Shown piece after piece: positions 19,638 through 28,900 of a stretch of DNA of 38,465 nt. The notes under the pieces are model-generated. The model worked only from the letters and a program-made list of their open reading frames with translations, searched no databases and was not told where the DNA came from. Position 1 is the first letter of the stretch; each line of letters opens with the position of its first letter. Position numbers and translations under genes: made by a program. Source of the stretch: an uncultured Clostridia bacterium (GTDB taxonomy: Bacteria > Bacillota > Clostridia > TANB77 > CAG-508); the NCBI GenBank assembly GCA_944393435.1, contig CALYAE010000064.1:1-38465 (forward strand). The letters run 5' to 3'.

Positions 19638-21500
19638 ATGATTTGCAAAAAAAATATTGCAGTGATTATTACGCTAGTATTTTTACTATTACTAATGATG
19701 ACGACAACTATGCAAGCAGCAACACCAGGAAAAGTTTACAATCTAAAAGCAAACATGCAGGATAACGTAGGATATTTTACTTGGTCTTATGTATCAGGTG
19801 CAGATGGGTATGACGTTTTTATTAGTACCTCAGGAAGAAGTTATGAATATATTGGCTCAGTTTTAGGAGAACAAGCAACTGTTATAGGATTTCAAAAAGA
19901 TAAATCTTATTCTATTAAAATAAGAGCTTATGAAAAAGACTCTAATGGCAGCAAAGTAACAGGCAGCTTTTCTGATGTAATCAACATCAATTCACAAGAA
20001 GAGTCAGAAACGACCTTAAGTCAAGTAAAAAATCTAACAGCAGTCCAAAATGGGGGCAATGTTAGTTTAAACTGGTCTAAAGTTTCTTATGCAGATGGAT
20101 ATGAAGTATATGTTAATATTGCTAATACAGGATTTTTTAATCTTGGATCAGTAGCAAGTAATCAAGCTATTATTATGGGATTCCAAGATGGAAAAACTTA
20201 TGAGTTTAAAGTAAGAGCTTATGAAAAATTATCTTCAGGTAAATTAAGCTACGGAGATTTTTCAACAACCAAAAAATTAACTATTGATTTAGACAAATAT
20301 GAAGACTTAGAAGAAGAAATTCAAAAACCAGCACAAGTAAAAGGTTTGAGTATAGATGAAATAGATGGAAGAAAAGTTTCTATTAGTTGGTCAGAAGTAG
20401 ATGATGCAGACGGATATCAAGTTTATATTATTAGGACAGATGGAGGATATGCTTATCAGCAAAAATATACTAGAACAAGTGCAACCATATCTCTACAATA
20501 TGATACTTCTTATAGGGTAAAAGTAACAGCTTACAAAAATACAAAAAATGGCATCCTTTATGGAGCAGATTCTACTACCAGATCTTTTAGAACAGAGGAA
20601 GAAGAGGTAAATTTATCAGCTCCTAGAAATGTGCAAGTGACCAACATTAGTAGTAATAATTATGTGACACTAAGTTGGAACAAAGTAGCTTACGCAGATG
20701 GATATCGTATTTATCTTACTGAAAAAGGTTATAACAATTACCAGTTAGAAAAAACAACTACATCTACTGTTACAACTTTAACTGGTTTACCATATAATAA
20801 AACTTATCGATTAAAAGTAGTACCATATCAAGTAATAAATGGAACAAGAGTAGAAGGCACACCATCTTCAGCAATTACATTTGCAACTTTAAGGCAAAAT
20901 ACTACTACTTCTTCCCTTGATAAAGTTACTAACTTAAGTGTAAAAGTACAAAATAGGAATGAAGCAAGTTTAGTTTGGTGGCCAGTAGATAATGCAGATG
21001 GTTATGAAGTTTATGTATCACGCAAAAATGGATCTTACCAAAAAGATTGTGATGTAACCATTGGTAATTCGGCAATTTTATATAGCTTAGATTATGAAAC
21101 AAATTATAAAGTAAAAGTAAGAGCATTTTGTTATATAAACGGACAAAAAGTTTACAGTAAAAACTATTCTGATGTAAAAAGATTCAAAACAGAAAGCTAT
21201 AATCCAAATGAGGGAAATGTGAATGTACCAACTGTAAAAAATGTTGTGGCAAATGTAGTAGGGGACACAGTATATTTATCTTGGTCTAAAGTAACTGGAG
21301 CTGTAAAATATGAAATTGATTTTACAGTACCAGGACTTGGAGGAAGCACGAAATTTACTGTGTACACAACTAGTAGAGCGATTTCTGGATTACAAAGAAA
21401 AAATGCTTTCTATACAGCAAGAGTTAGAGCTTATAAATATGTAAATGGAAGATTAGTATGTGGAGAATATTCAGAAATTCAAAAATTTACTGGAAAATAA
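19638..21500 (+). CDS. Secreted/anchored protein with six tandem fibronectin-type-III-like repeats
   Basis: An N-terminal signal/anchor MICKKNIAVIITLVFLLLLMM is followed by six repeats of about 90 aa, each with W-S-x-V-x-x-ADGY-x-V-Y and K-V-R-A-Y motifs. Start chosen after RBS aaggggg; the 19602 ATG lies inside the promoter. Confidence 0.75.
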   Translation: MICKKNIAVIITLVFLLLLMMTTTMQAATPGKVYNLKANMQDNVGYFTWSYVSGADGYDVFISTSGRSYEYIGSVLGEQATVIGFQKDKSYSIKIRAYEKDSNGSKVTGSFSDVININSQEESETTLSQVKNLTAVQNGGNVSLNWSKVSYADGYEVYVNIANTGFFNLGSVASNQAIIMGFQDGKTYEFKVRAYEKLSSGKLSYGDFSTTKKLTIDLDKYEDLEEEIQKPAQVKGLSIDEIDGRKVSISWSEVDDADGYQVYIIRTDGGYAYQQKYTRTSATISLQYDTSYRVKVTAYKNTKNGILYGADSTTRSFRTEEEEVNLSAPRNVQVTNISSNNYVTLSWNKVAYADGYRIYLTEKGYNNYQLEKTTTSTVTTLTGLPYNKTYRLKVVPYQVINGTRVEGTPSSAITFATLRQNTTTSSLDKVTNLSVKVQNRNEASLVWWPVDNADGYEVYVSRKNGSYQKDCDVTIGNSAILYSLDYETNYKVKVRAFCYINGQKVYSKNYSDVKRFKTESYNPNEGNVNVPTVKNVVANVVGDTVYLSWSKVTGAVKYEIDFTVPGLGGSTKFTVYTTSRAISGLQRKNAFYTARVRAYKYVNGRLVCGEYSEIQKFTGK

Positions 21501-21521
21501 GAGTTCTTTAAAAGAAACATA

Positions 21522-21580
21522 AAAAATACACCTCAAATGTCAAACAAATCAAAAAACACATTTGTAGGTGTATTTTTCTT
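21522..21580. terminator. Long hairpin terminator after the FN3-repeat gene
   Basis: aaaaatacacctcaaatgt (21522-21540) pairs with acatttgtaggtgtattttt (21558-21577) apart from one bulge. The hairpin is flanked by A and T runs. Confidence 0.6.
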
Positions 21581-21684
21581 TAAAAAATTACACAAATTTT
21601 CTTGCTATTTTGATGACTTTATTGTATGATATAGGAAGTGAAAAAATAGCAATCAATGAAATATAGGAAGGGGCAAATAGATTC

Positions 21685-22101
21685 ATGAAAAAAGTAATCG
21701 CAATTTTATTTATTTTCTTAGTTTTATTTAGTACAGTTTCAGTGGTATATGGGACAAGTGATACACAGCAAGAAAATGTGTTGACTTCTAATACAGTAAC
21801 CACAAATTTAGTAGAATTAAAAGATAAAGCACTAAAAACATTAGAAGATTATCAAGCAGCCTACGGAAATGATACTTACGGATTTGCAGCATATCTTTTA
21901 AATATTGTTAGAATTTATAGTATTCCTTTTGGATTTGTAGGAATTGTGATTGCAGCAATTTATCGTTATGTAATAGGAATTAGAAAACTAGATGTGCAAA
22001 ATAAAGGTTTTGGAGTTATGGTTGGAATCATCACAGTTATGGTAATTTGCCAAGTACTACCATTAATTTTTGCAATTGTTGTTAGAGGTTGGAGGGGTTA
22101 A
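21685..22101 (+). CDS. Small membrane protein (signal peptide plus two TM helices), hypothetical
   Basis: The 138-aa product has a hydrophobic N-terminus and two C-terminal hydrophobic segments. The next gene's RBS lies inside its 3' end. Confidence 0.55.
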   Translation: MKKVIAILFIFLVLFSTVSVVYGTSDTQQENVLTSNTVTTNLVELKDKALKTLEDYQAAYGNDTYGFAAYLLNIVRIYSIPFGFVGIVIAAIYRYVIGIRKLDVQNKGFGVMVGIITVMVICQVLPLIFAIVVRGWRG

Positions 22102-22106
22102 AACAA

Positions 22107-24410
22107 ATGAAAGTTTTATTTGCAGTTAATAATGAAAACATTTCTGAGTCAATTATTAAAAAATATCAACAAGAATATAAAGAAATTATCTCAGTTAAAA
22201 ATGTCTATTATTTTAATGCAATTGTTAAAGAGTTACAAAGAGACAAAACGTATGATAGAATTGTTATCAGCGAAGATTTACAATCATTTTCCAATAATAA
22301 TTATGCGGAAATTGATCGATTTATTTTTGAAAAAATGGATGATATTAGTGATGAAGCTACAAATGAATCAGGAAATGACATCCCTATTATTTTAATTTGC
22401 ACCGATAGAAGAACGAAATCAGAACCATTACTAGTCAAATTATTTGGAATAGGAGTTTATAATGCTTTAATTGGAAAAGATAGAAGTATTACCAATGTTT
22501 GTGAATTGCTAGCAAGACCACGTACCAAAAAAGAAGCAAAAGCATATTATAAAATTGATTCAGAAGATGTGGACTATAAGGTGGAAAATGCAGGGGATGT
22601 TAGTGAAGTTGAAATTCAAAATATTTTAAATCATTATAAAAAATTAGGTTCTAATGAGCAAAAATATGTAGAAAGTTTTGATCATATTGCAAGCCAATAT
22701 AATGAGGCACAATTAAGGTTAATTGCAAAATGCCTACCTTTAAATGTAAGAGCAGTTTTAGAAGCTAATAGTCCAGTTTATCAACAAGTAGTTTCTTTGG
22801 GAAGAGCAACTCCTAAACTTTCACAAAAACCACCAACAAATTATAATGATTATGAGAAAAAAAATACTTTTGCAAAACCAGCTAAAACTAAAAATGAGCC
22901 TAAAAATAAAAACAGTGAACCAGAGTTAGATTTTATTCAGAAAAATATTCAGCAAAATAAATTAACACAGCCAGTAGTTATTCCATCAGCAATTAATTCT
23001 GCTAATGTAAAAAAAGTGCAGCAAGAGCCTCTAGACATGGTACTTCCAGGACTAGATGATGATGAACTAGTAGAGCAAGTACCCACAGCAATAGAAAAGC
23101 CAGAAGTAAAAGAAGAAGTAGTAGCACCAAAAAGAAGGGGTAGACCTAAAAAAATAAAACCAGAAGAGCAAACAGAAAATACACAACCTAAAAAAGGAAG
23201 AGGTAGACCTAAAAAACAGCAAGTAGAAGAACAAGAACCAATCATAGAAAATAAACAAGAAAAAGAAGATATGATTTTACCAGGGCTAGATGATGAAACT
23301 TTGTATATGGAAGAGCCTACTTTAGGAGAAATGAAAGAAGAACCAGTTATGGAGGTACCAGCTTATCAAGAACCAGAGCAAAATTTAGCTGGACAAATGT
23401 TAGAGTCACAACAGAGTTTAGGTGAACCAATCCAAAGACCACAGCAAAATCTAGGTGCACCAATCTTAGGAAAACAGCAAACAGCAATAGAAAATACTCA
23501 AAAACATGAGTTTTCTCATGCAGACTTAAGTGGTTTACTAACACAAGATAAAAAAGTAGTAACATTTGTTGGAACATCTAAAAATGGAACCTCATTTTTA
23601 GTAAATAATGTTGCAGAAATTCTTTCACAAAGAGGAATTAACACTGCTATTTTGGATTTGACACAAAATAAAAATGCATACTATATCTATACAGAAAATG
23701 AAGAATCTTTAAGACAAACTGCATATTCTTGTATTGAGAATTTAAGAAGAGGAAATGCAAATGGAATTCAAGTACATAAAAATTTAACAGTATATACAAC
23801 TGTTCCAGGGGAAAATCAAGACATTCAAGACTATACTAACATTTTACAAACTTTAATTCAAAATTACTCTTTAGTAATTTTAGATTGTGATTTTGAAACA
23901 AATTATGGCTATTTTAAAGAGGCACAAGAACTTTATTTAGTACAAAGTTTAGATGTATTAACAATTCAACCACTAACAGCATTTTTAAGAAATTTAAAAG
24001 CAAAAAATGCATTAAATCCAGAAAAAATCAGAATTGTTTTAAATAAAGTGGTAAAGCTAAGAAGTATATCAGAAAAAACAATTATTGGTGGAATGGCATA
24101 TTATAATGATCCAGCCATGTCATTTATGACAGAATTATTTAACAAAGATTCTGTACCATATTGTGTAATTCCATTTGAAGAACAAACTTATTCAAAATAT
24201 CTAGAAGGATTAATTAATTGTAAAATTACTTTGAATGGTTATACAAAAAACTTTATGGAAACATTATCAAGATTAGCAGATACAGTATATCCTTTAATTA
24301 ATCAAAAAAGTACAAAATTAGGTGGCTATAACAACTATCAAACAAGAAACAATTTTTCTAGTAGTATGAACAATACATTAAATAAAATGAAAAATAATTA
24401 TGAACTATAA
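22107..24410 (+). CDS. Receiver-like N-domain / disordered linker with two AT-hooks / degenerate ParA-MinD-like C-domain protein
   Basis: The N-terminus MKVLFAVNNE...IVISEDL...PIILICTD has a CheY-like topology. The linker carries KRRGRPKKIK and KGRGRPKKQ (AT-hook core GRP) and a repeated (V/I)LPGLDD(D/E) motif. The C-terminal VVTFVGTSKNGTSFL...AILDL...VILDCD has a ParA/CpaE-like layout but lacks the GK[ST] lysine. Confidence 0.6.
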   Translation: MKVLFAVNNENISESIIKKYQQEYKEIISVKNVYYFNAIVKELQRDKTYDRIVISEDLQSFSNNNYAEIDRFIFEKMDDISDEATNESGNDIPIILICTDRRTKSEPLLVKLFGIGVYNALIGKDRSITNVCELLARPRTKKEAKAYYKIDSEDVDYKVENAGDVSEVEIQNILNHYKKLGSNEQKYVESFDHIASQYNEAQLRLIAKCLPLNVRAVLEANSPVYQQVVSLGRATPKLSQKPPTNYNDYEKKNTFAKPAKTKNEPKNKNSEPELDFIQKNIQQNKLTQPVVIPSAINSANVKKVQQEPLDMVLPGLDDDELVEQVPTAIEKPEVKEEVVAPKRRGRPKKIKPEEQTENTQPKKGRGRPKKQQVEEQEPIIENKQEKEDMILPGLDDETLYMEEPTLGEMKEEPVMEVPAYQEPEQNLAGQMLESQQSLGEPIQRPQQNLGAPILGKQQTAIENTQKHEFSHADLSGLLTQDKKVVTFVGTSKNGTSFLVNNVAEILSQRGINTAILDLTQNKNAYYIYTENEESLRQTAYSCIENLRRGNANGIQVHKNLTVYTTVPGENQDIQDYTNILQTLIQNYSLVILDCDFETNYGYFKEAQELYLVQSLDVLTIQPLTAFLRNLKAKNALNPEKIRIVLNKVVKLRSISEKTIIGGMAYYNDPAMSFMTELFNKDSVPYCVIPFEEQTYSKYLEGLINCKITLNGYTKNFMETLSRLADTVYPLINQKSTKLGGYNNYQTRNNFSSSMNNTLNKMKNNYEL

Positions 24411-24424
24411 AAAGAGGTGATTTT

Positions 24425-25513
24425 TTGATAATCGTAGTAATTTTGATATTAGTACTAATTATAGGACTATTAACCCTATATAATATATCAATCAATAAAA
24501 AAATTCAAAACTTTCAAAATTTAAACCAAAAAATAGCCAGTTTAAATGTATTACAAGATTTTATGGATACCATTAGTGAAGTTACCTCAGTTGATGAAAA
24601 AATTAGAAAAATTAACGAAATTTTAATTGAAAGATATCAAATTAAATATTCTACTATTGTTGTATATAATGGAACCGATTATGTTGTAAAAGCCTCTAAT
24701 GTAGAAGAAAAACATTGGGATACTTTAAGAAACTTACAAAATGAAGAAATTTTTAAAGACAGTATTCAAACTGCAACACCAAAATATATTACGATTGAAA
24801 AAGAAGGAGAAAGGCTTCCTTATCAAAAAATGGAATTTGGAAGGGCAAAGTCAGCGATATTTTATCCACTTTATATTGAAAATGTATATATTGGGTATTG
24901 GATTATTGAAGGAAGTAGACCACATGAATTTGACAAATTAGATACTACTATTTTGGAAGTTATTAAGAATAATATTGTATCTGTATTAAAAACCGTAGAA
25001 AGACAACAAGTGATTGAAAATATTGTAAGAGACGATGAATTTAGTAACCTAAAATCAGAAGAATACTTATACGGAGAAGGCAAAAAAATAATCGATCAAT
25101 ATACGATTTCAACAGTGTGTTTATTTAGAATTACCAATTTAGAAGAAATCAATGAAAAATTTAGCAGACAAACTGGAAATGAAATCATTACCAATGTTAG
25201 TCAAGTAGTAAAACAAAACTTAGCAAAACAGTATGTTTTTGTAAGATATATGGGACCTAAATTTGCAATTGTATTTTCTGGAATTGATGCAGAATCTGTA
25301 ATAGGTTTCTTAAAAGAAATAAAAGAAAAAGTAGAAGCAATTGAAGTTGAGTTTGTACAAGGAGAAGAACCACTAGAAGAATATGCAAAACCAAAGTTAA
25401 ATATGGTAGTATCTACCTATTATAAAGGAACCGCTTTAGAAGGGCTTACTAAAAAACTAGAAGAATATTTAGATAATGCCCCTAAAAGCGAAAATACTAT
25501 TAATTATTTATAG
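24425..25513 (+). CDS. Membrane-anchored GAF-like / degenerate GGDEF-domain protein
   Basis: TTG start behind RBS agaggtga. An N-terminal TM helix and a central GAF-like region precede a C-terminal GGDEF fold in which the GGDEF motif is replaced by MGPKF ([11 protein letters not shown]). Confidence 0.55.
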   Translation: MIIVVILILVLIIGLLTLYNISINKKIQNFQNLNQKIASLNVLQDFMDTISEVTSVDEKIRKINEILIERYQIKYSTIVVYNGTDYVVKASNVEEKHWDTLRNLQNEEIFKDSIQTATPKYITIEKEGERLPYQKMEFGRAKSAIFYPLYIENVYIGYWIIEGSRPHEFDKLDTTILEVIKNNIVSVLKTVERQQVIENIVRDDEFSNLKSEEYLYGEGKKIIDQYTISTVCLFRITNLEEINEKFSRQTGNEIITNVSQVVKQNLAKQYVFVRYMGPKFAIVFSGIDAESVIGFLKEIKEKVEAIEVEFVQGEEPLEEYAKPKLNMVVSTYYKGTALEGLTKKLEEYLDNAPKSENTINYL

Positions 25514-25518
25514 GAGGA

Positions 25519-25779
25519 ATGAATATGATATCTGATGAAACCGTTAGTTTCAAAGTGGAAAAAGATAAAAATGTAAAGGCAAGACAAATTTTGAAAGATG
25601 TATATCATGCATTAGAGGAAAAAGGATATAATCCAATTAACCAAATTGTAGGATATATTTTATCAGGCGACCCAACTTATATCACTAGTCATAATGATGC
25701 TAGAAATTTAATTAGACAAGTAGAAAGAGATGAACTTTTAGAAAAAATGGTAAAAAACTATATTGGATTGGATGATTAA
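25519..25779 (+). CDS. ireB: IreB family regulatory phosphoprotein (UPF0297/DUF965)
   Basis: The sequence [38 protein letters not shown] matches the family. It holds the conserved position upstream of ruvX. Confidence 0.85.
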   Translation: MNMISDETVSFKVEKDKNVKARQILKDVYHALEEKGYNPINQIVGYILSGDPTYITSHNDARNLIRQVERDELLEKMVKNYIGLDD

Positions 25780-25781
25780 CT

Positions 25782-26210
25782 ATGCGCAAATTAGGAATTG
25801 ATTATGGGGACAGCAGAGTGGGACTTGCCATTACAGACGAACTTGGCATTACTTCTCAAGGCTTAGAAACAGTGAATCATCATGGAAATGATAAATTGGT
25901 ATTAAAACGTTTAGAAGAAATTTTAAAACAGTATCCAATTGATGTTGTTGTAATTGGCATGCCAATTAATATGGATGGAAGTAAAACGCAAAGAGTGGAA
26001 GTAACTGAAAAATTTATTCATAAATTAAGATGTAAATTTCCTAAGGTTTTAGTAGAAACGATTGATGAAAGATTAACCACTGTTGCAGCCCATAAAACAA
26101 TGAATTATTTAAATATTGATAAAAATAAGAAAAAACAAATTGTAGATACTATTTCAGCTGTCTATATTTTAGAAACCTATATGAACAAGCAGAAAAATGG
26201 AAACACTTAA
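25782..26210 (+). CDS. ruvX: Holliday junction resolvase-like nuclease RuvX (YqgF)
   Basis: The sequence LGIDYGDSRVGLAITD ... VVIGMPINMDGS matches the YqgF signature. Confidence 0.9.
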   Translation: MRKLGIDYGDSRVGLAITDELGITSQGLETVNHHGNDKLVLKRLEEILKQYPIDVVVIGMPINMDGSKTQRVEVTEKFIHKLRCKFPKVLVETIDERLTTVAAHKTMNYLNIDKNKKKQIVDTISAVYILETYMNKQKNGNT

Positions 26211-26299
26211 AATAACCTCTGCATAGTTTTTTTAAAAATGCAAATACTAATCTTAGATATTAACATTGTAGCAATACAATTTTATAAAGTAATAAAATA

Positions 26300-26638
26300 A
26301 TGGAGTTTTTTAAACGAAAGGAGAAAATGAAAATGGATGAAGATGTAAGAGAAGGAGAAGAGCTAGATAATATTTTAGTTCTTAATGATGAAGAAGGAAA
26401 TGAAGTAGAATTTGAATTCTTAGATTTGATTGAATATGAAGGAGAAGAATATGTTGTTCTTTTACCAGTAGAAGAGGAAGACAGCGAAGAAGCTGGCGAA
26501 GTAGTGATTCTTAAATTAGAAGATACAGAATCAGAAGATGAGGAATCTTATGTAAGTGTAGAAGATGAAGAAGTATTAAATAAAGTTTTTGAAATTTTTA
26601 AAGACAAATTCGAAGACGAATTTAACTTTGTAGACTAA
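26300..26638 (+). CDS. DUF1292 family acidic protein
   Basis: The EFEFLDLIEYEGEEYVVLLP motif is present, and this is the third member of the conserved ireB-ruvX-DUF1292 triad. The true start may be the ATG at 26327. Confidence 0.8.
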   Translation: MEFFKRKEKMKMDEDVREGEELDNILVLNDEEGNEVEFEFLDLIEYEGEEYVVLLPVEEEDSEEAGEVVILKLEDTESEDEESYVSVEDEEVLNKVFEIFKDKFEDEFNFVD

Positions 26639-26768
26639 TTAAAAATCAGAAAATGTAAGAAAAAAACAGATTATTTGACTAAAAAAGCAAGTAGTCTGTT
26701 TTTTGTCTTGAAATTTTACTGATAATTATGTTACAATAAATTTAGATTTTAATTTTAGGAGGAAACAA

Positions 26769-27242
26769 ATGAAAAATTTATCTAGTTGGCTAATTGCCAT
26801 ATTTGCATTCATGTTTTGGGGATTTCGAGTAGTTGCAACTGTACTATATTCTATGGGAACAGAATTTGTAGCTCCACCAATGGATTTAACTATGGAAATA
26901 GCTTTATTATTTATTACAATTATTTGTATTTGCTTTATTATTACAAGAAAATTATTACCAGTTATCATTTACTTACTAGCACATGGATTATATTATGGAA
27001 TTTATTTATATCAAAATATTATTCCAATGTTAAATGGAGAAACCACTTTGAATAATTCCATGTCTTTACTAGTTGCCTTAATCGGAATTGCAATACCAGT
27101 TGCAGCATTTTTTGATGTGTTATTAGATAAAAATAGAAAAGCACATCCAGTAGATAAACAAACAGACTGGTTTTATAAAAATGAAAAATTTGATAGAAAA
27201 TTAGATGATAGAGCAGATAAAAATCAATACAGAACCCTGTAA
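26769..27242 (+). CDS. Hypothetical integral membrane protein (4 TM)
   Basis: The 157-aa product has four hydrophobic helices and RBS aggagga. Confidence 0.55.
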   Translation: MKNLSSWLIAIFAFMFWGFRVVATVLYSMGTEFVAPPMDLTMEIALLFITIICICFIITRKLLPVIIYLLAHGLYYGIYLYQNIIPMLNGETTLNNSMSLLVALIGIAIPVAAFFDVLLDKNRKAHPVDKQTDWFYKNEKFDRKLDDRADKNQYRTL

Positions 27243-27281
27243 TAATGGAAAGTAAGTGTTTATTAAGATAGGAAAGATAAA

Positions 27282-28178
27282 ATGAACGAAAATAAAATGA
27301 ATATCAACTGGTACCCAGGTCACATGGCAAAAACCAAAAAGCAAATAATGGAAGACTTAAAATTGATAGATTTAAGTATAGAAGTACTAGATGCTAGAAT
27401 ACCAATTTCAAGTCAAAATCCAGATATTGGGAAAATGATCCAAAACAAAAAAAGATTAGTTGTTTTAAATAAATCAGATCTATCCGATCAAGAAGAAAAT
27501 ACAAAATGGGTACAGTATTTTAAGAAAAAACAAATACCAGCAGTATTAGTAGATTCTGTAACAGGAAAAGGAATACCAGAAGTCATTAAAGCCATAGAAA
27601 CTATTTATGATAAGAGTTATTATGATCTTAAAGGGAGAGTGGGAAAATCAATTAGAGTAATGATACTGGGAATTCCAAATGTAGGAAAATCTTCATTCAT
27701 CAATCGACTAGTCAAGAAAAATATTGCACAAGTAGGAAATAAGCCAGGAGTAACCAGACAAAAGCAATGGACGAAAATAGGAAATAAAATTGAGTTATTA
27801 GATACACCAGGGGTATTATGGCCAAAATTAAATGAAAAAAATGCTATGTATTTAGCCTATACAGGAACGATTAAAGATGATGTTTTGGAAATTACAGAGG
27901 TAAGTTATCAGCTTTTAAGATTACTTGTAAAAGATGACAAGGTCAATTTAATGCAAAGATATCAATTGCAAGAAAAAGAATGGTCTCATATTTTTTCAAA
28001 CCATGAAACAACGAAAAATGAAAAAATAGTAAAGCTAATGGAGTTAATTGGTAAGAAAAGAGGAGCACTCATCTCTAAAGGAGAAATTAATTATGAAAGA
28101 GTAGCGATGATTCTATTAGACGATTTTAGAAGCGGAAAATTAGGAAAAATTACCTTGGAAAAAGTAGAGGAAAAATAA
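27282..28178 (+). CDS. rbgA: Ribosome biogenesis GTPase A (RbgA/YlqF)
   Basis: The sequence INWYPGHMAKT and the circularly permuted motifs NKSDL and GIPNVGKSSFIN are present. Confidence 0.9.
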   Translation: MNENKMNINWYPGHMAKTKKQIMEDLKLIDLSIEVLDARIPISSQNPDIGKMIQNKKRLVVLNKSDLSDQEENTKWVQYFKKKQIPAVLVDSVTGKGIPEVIKAIETIYDKSYYDLKGRVGKSIRVMILGIPNVGKSSFINRLVKKNIAQVGNKPGVTRQKQWTKIGNKIELLDTPGVLWPKLNEKNAMYLAYTGTIKDDVLEITEVSYQLLRLLVKDDKVNLMQRYQLQEKEWSHIFSNHETTKNEKIVKLMELIGKKRGALISKGEINYERVAMILLDDFRSGKLGKITLEKVEEK

Positions 28179-28586
28179 ATGGAGAAAGAGTTTCAATTAT
28201 TTTATTGTAATAAAACCATACAGGAAGTAAATCAAATGTCGCCTATAACATGGGCATATATTGGAGATGGTGTATATGAATTATACATTCGCAATTATTT
28301 AATTGCCAATAGGAACTTAAAACCACATCAATTGCATAAAGAAGCAATTAGCTATGTGAAAGCATCTGCACAAGCAGAGATTTTAAAAAAACTAGAAACA
28401 CAGCTAACGCAAGAAGAAAAAGAAATTGTTCGTAGAGGGAGGAATACGAAGACACATCACATTGCTAAAAATGCAAGTATGCAAGATTATATGTACGCCA
28501 CTGCCTTTGAAGCATTAATTGGCTATTTATATTTAACCAAGCAAGAACAAAGACTAGAAGAGCTTTTAGAAAAATGCAAAAAGTAA
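28179..28586 (+). CDS. mrnC: Mini-ribonuclease 3
   Basis: Contains the AYIGDGVYELYIRNYL and AFEALIGYLYL motifs. Its start abuts the rbgA stop. Confidence 0.85.
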   Translation: MEKEFQLFYCNKTIQEVNQMSPITWAYIGDGVYELYIRNYLIANRNLKPHQLHKEAISYVKASAQAEILKKLETQLTQEEKEIVRRGRNTKTHHIAKNASMQDYMYATAFEALIGYLYLTKQEQRLEELLEKCKK

Positions 28587-28620
28587 ATAATAGGATTTTA
28601 AACAAAAAGGCAAAAAATAA

Positions 28621-28655
28621 TTGACGAAACTATGGGATGTATGGTATATTAATAA
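28621..28655 (+). promoter_or_regulatory. Promoter for tRNA-Glu
   Basis: ttgacg at 28621-28626, followed after about 18 nt by tgg-tatatt (extended -10 element), roughly 15 nt upstream of the tRNA 5' end. Confidence 0.5.
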
Positions 28656-28669
28656 AGTAGTCAATTTAA

Positions 28670-28744
28670 GGCCCCTTGGTCAAGCGGTTAAGACGCAGCC
28701 CTCTCAAGGCTGAATCATGGGTTCGATTCCCGTAGGGGTCACCA
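28670..28744 (+). tRNA. tRNA-Glu (anticodon CUC)
   Basis: A cloverleaf can be drawn. The acceptor stem is ggcccct/aggggtc, the D-arm is gtcaagcggttaagac, and the anticodon stem cagcc/ggctg carries loop ctCTCaa. The T-arm is gggttcgattccc and the 3' CCA is encoded. The sequence is close to Bacillus-type tRNA-Glu. Confidence 0.85.
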
Positions 28745-28777
28745 AAAACGATATCAAATAATTACATTTTGCAAAAT

Positions 28778-28810
28778 AAAAGAATCGACTGTAAAAGGTC
28801 GATTCTTTTG
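28778..28810 (+). terminator. Rho-independent terminator after tRNA-Glu
   Basis: Stem aaagaatcgac / gtcgattcttt with an 8-nt loop and a T-rich tail. Confidence 0.65.
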
Positions 28811-28900
28811 GCGAAAAAAACAAAGAGTGATTTCTCACCCTTTGTACCAAATCATTAAGCAAGATTTGGTGTTGTCTGTTTAGGAAGAAATTCATCTTTC

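Noticed and set aside
19725-21497. Periodic repeats that might suggest a CRISPR array or satellite
   Set aside because: The periodicity is at the protein level (repeats of about 270 nt, divergent in DNA) inside one long ORF. There are no short identical direct repeats with unique spacers anywhere in the window.
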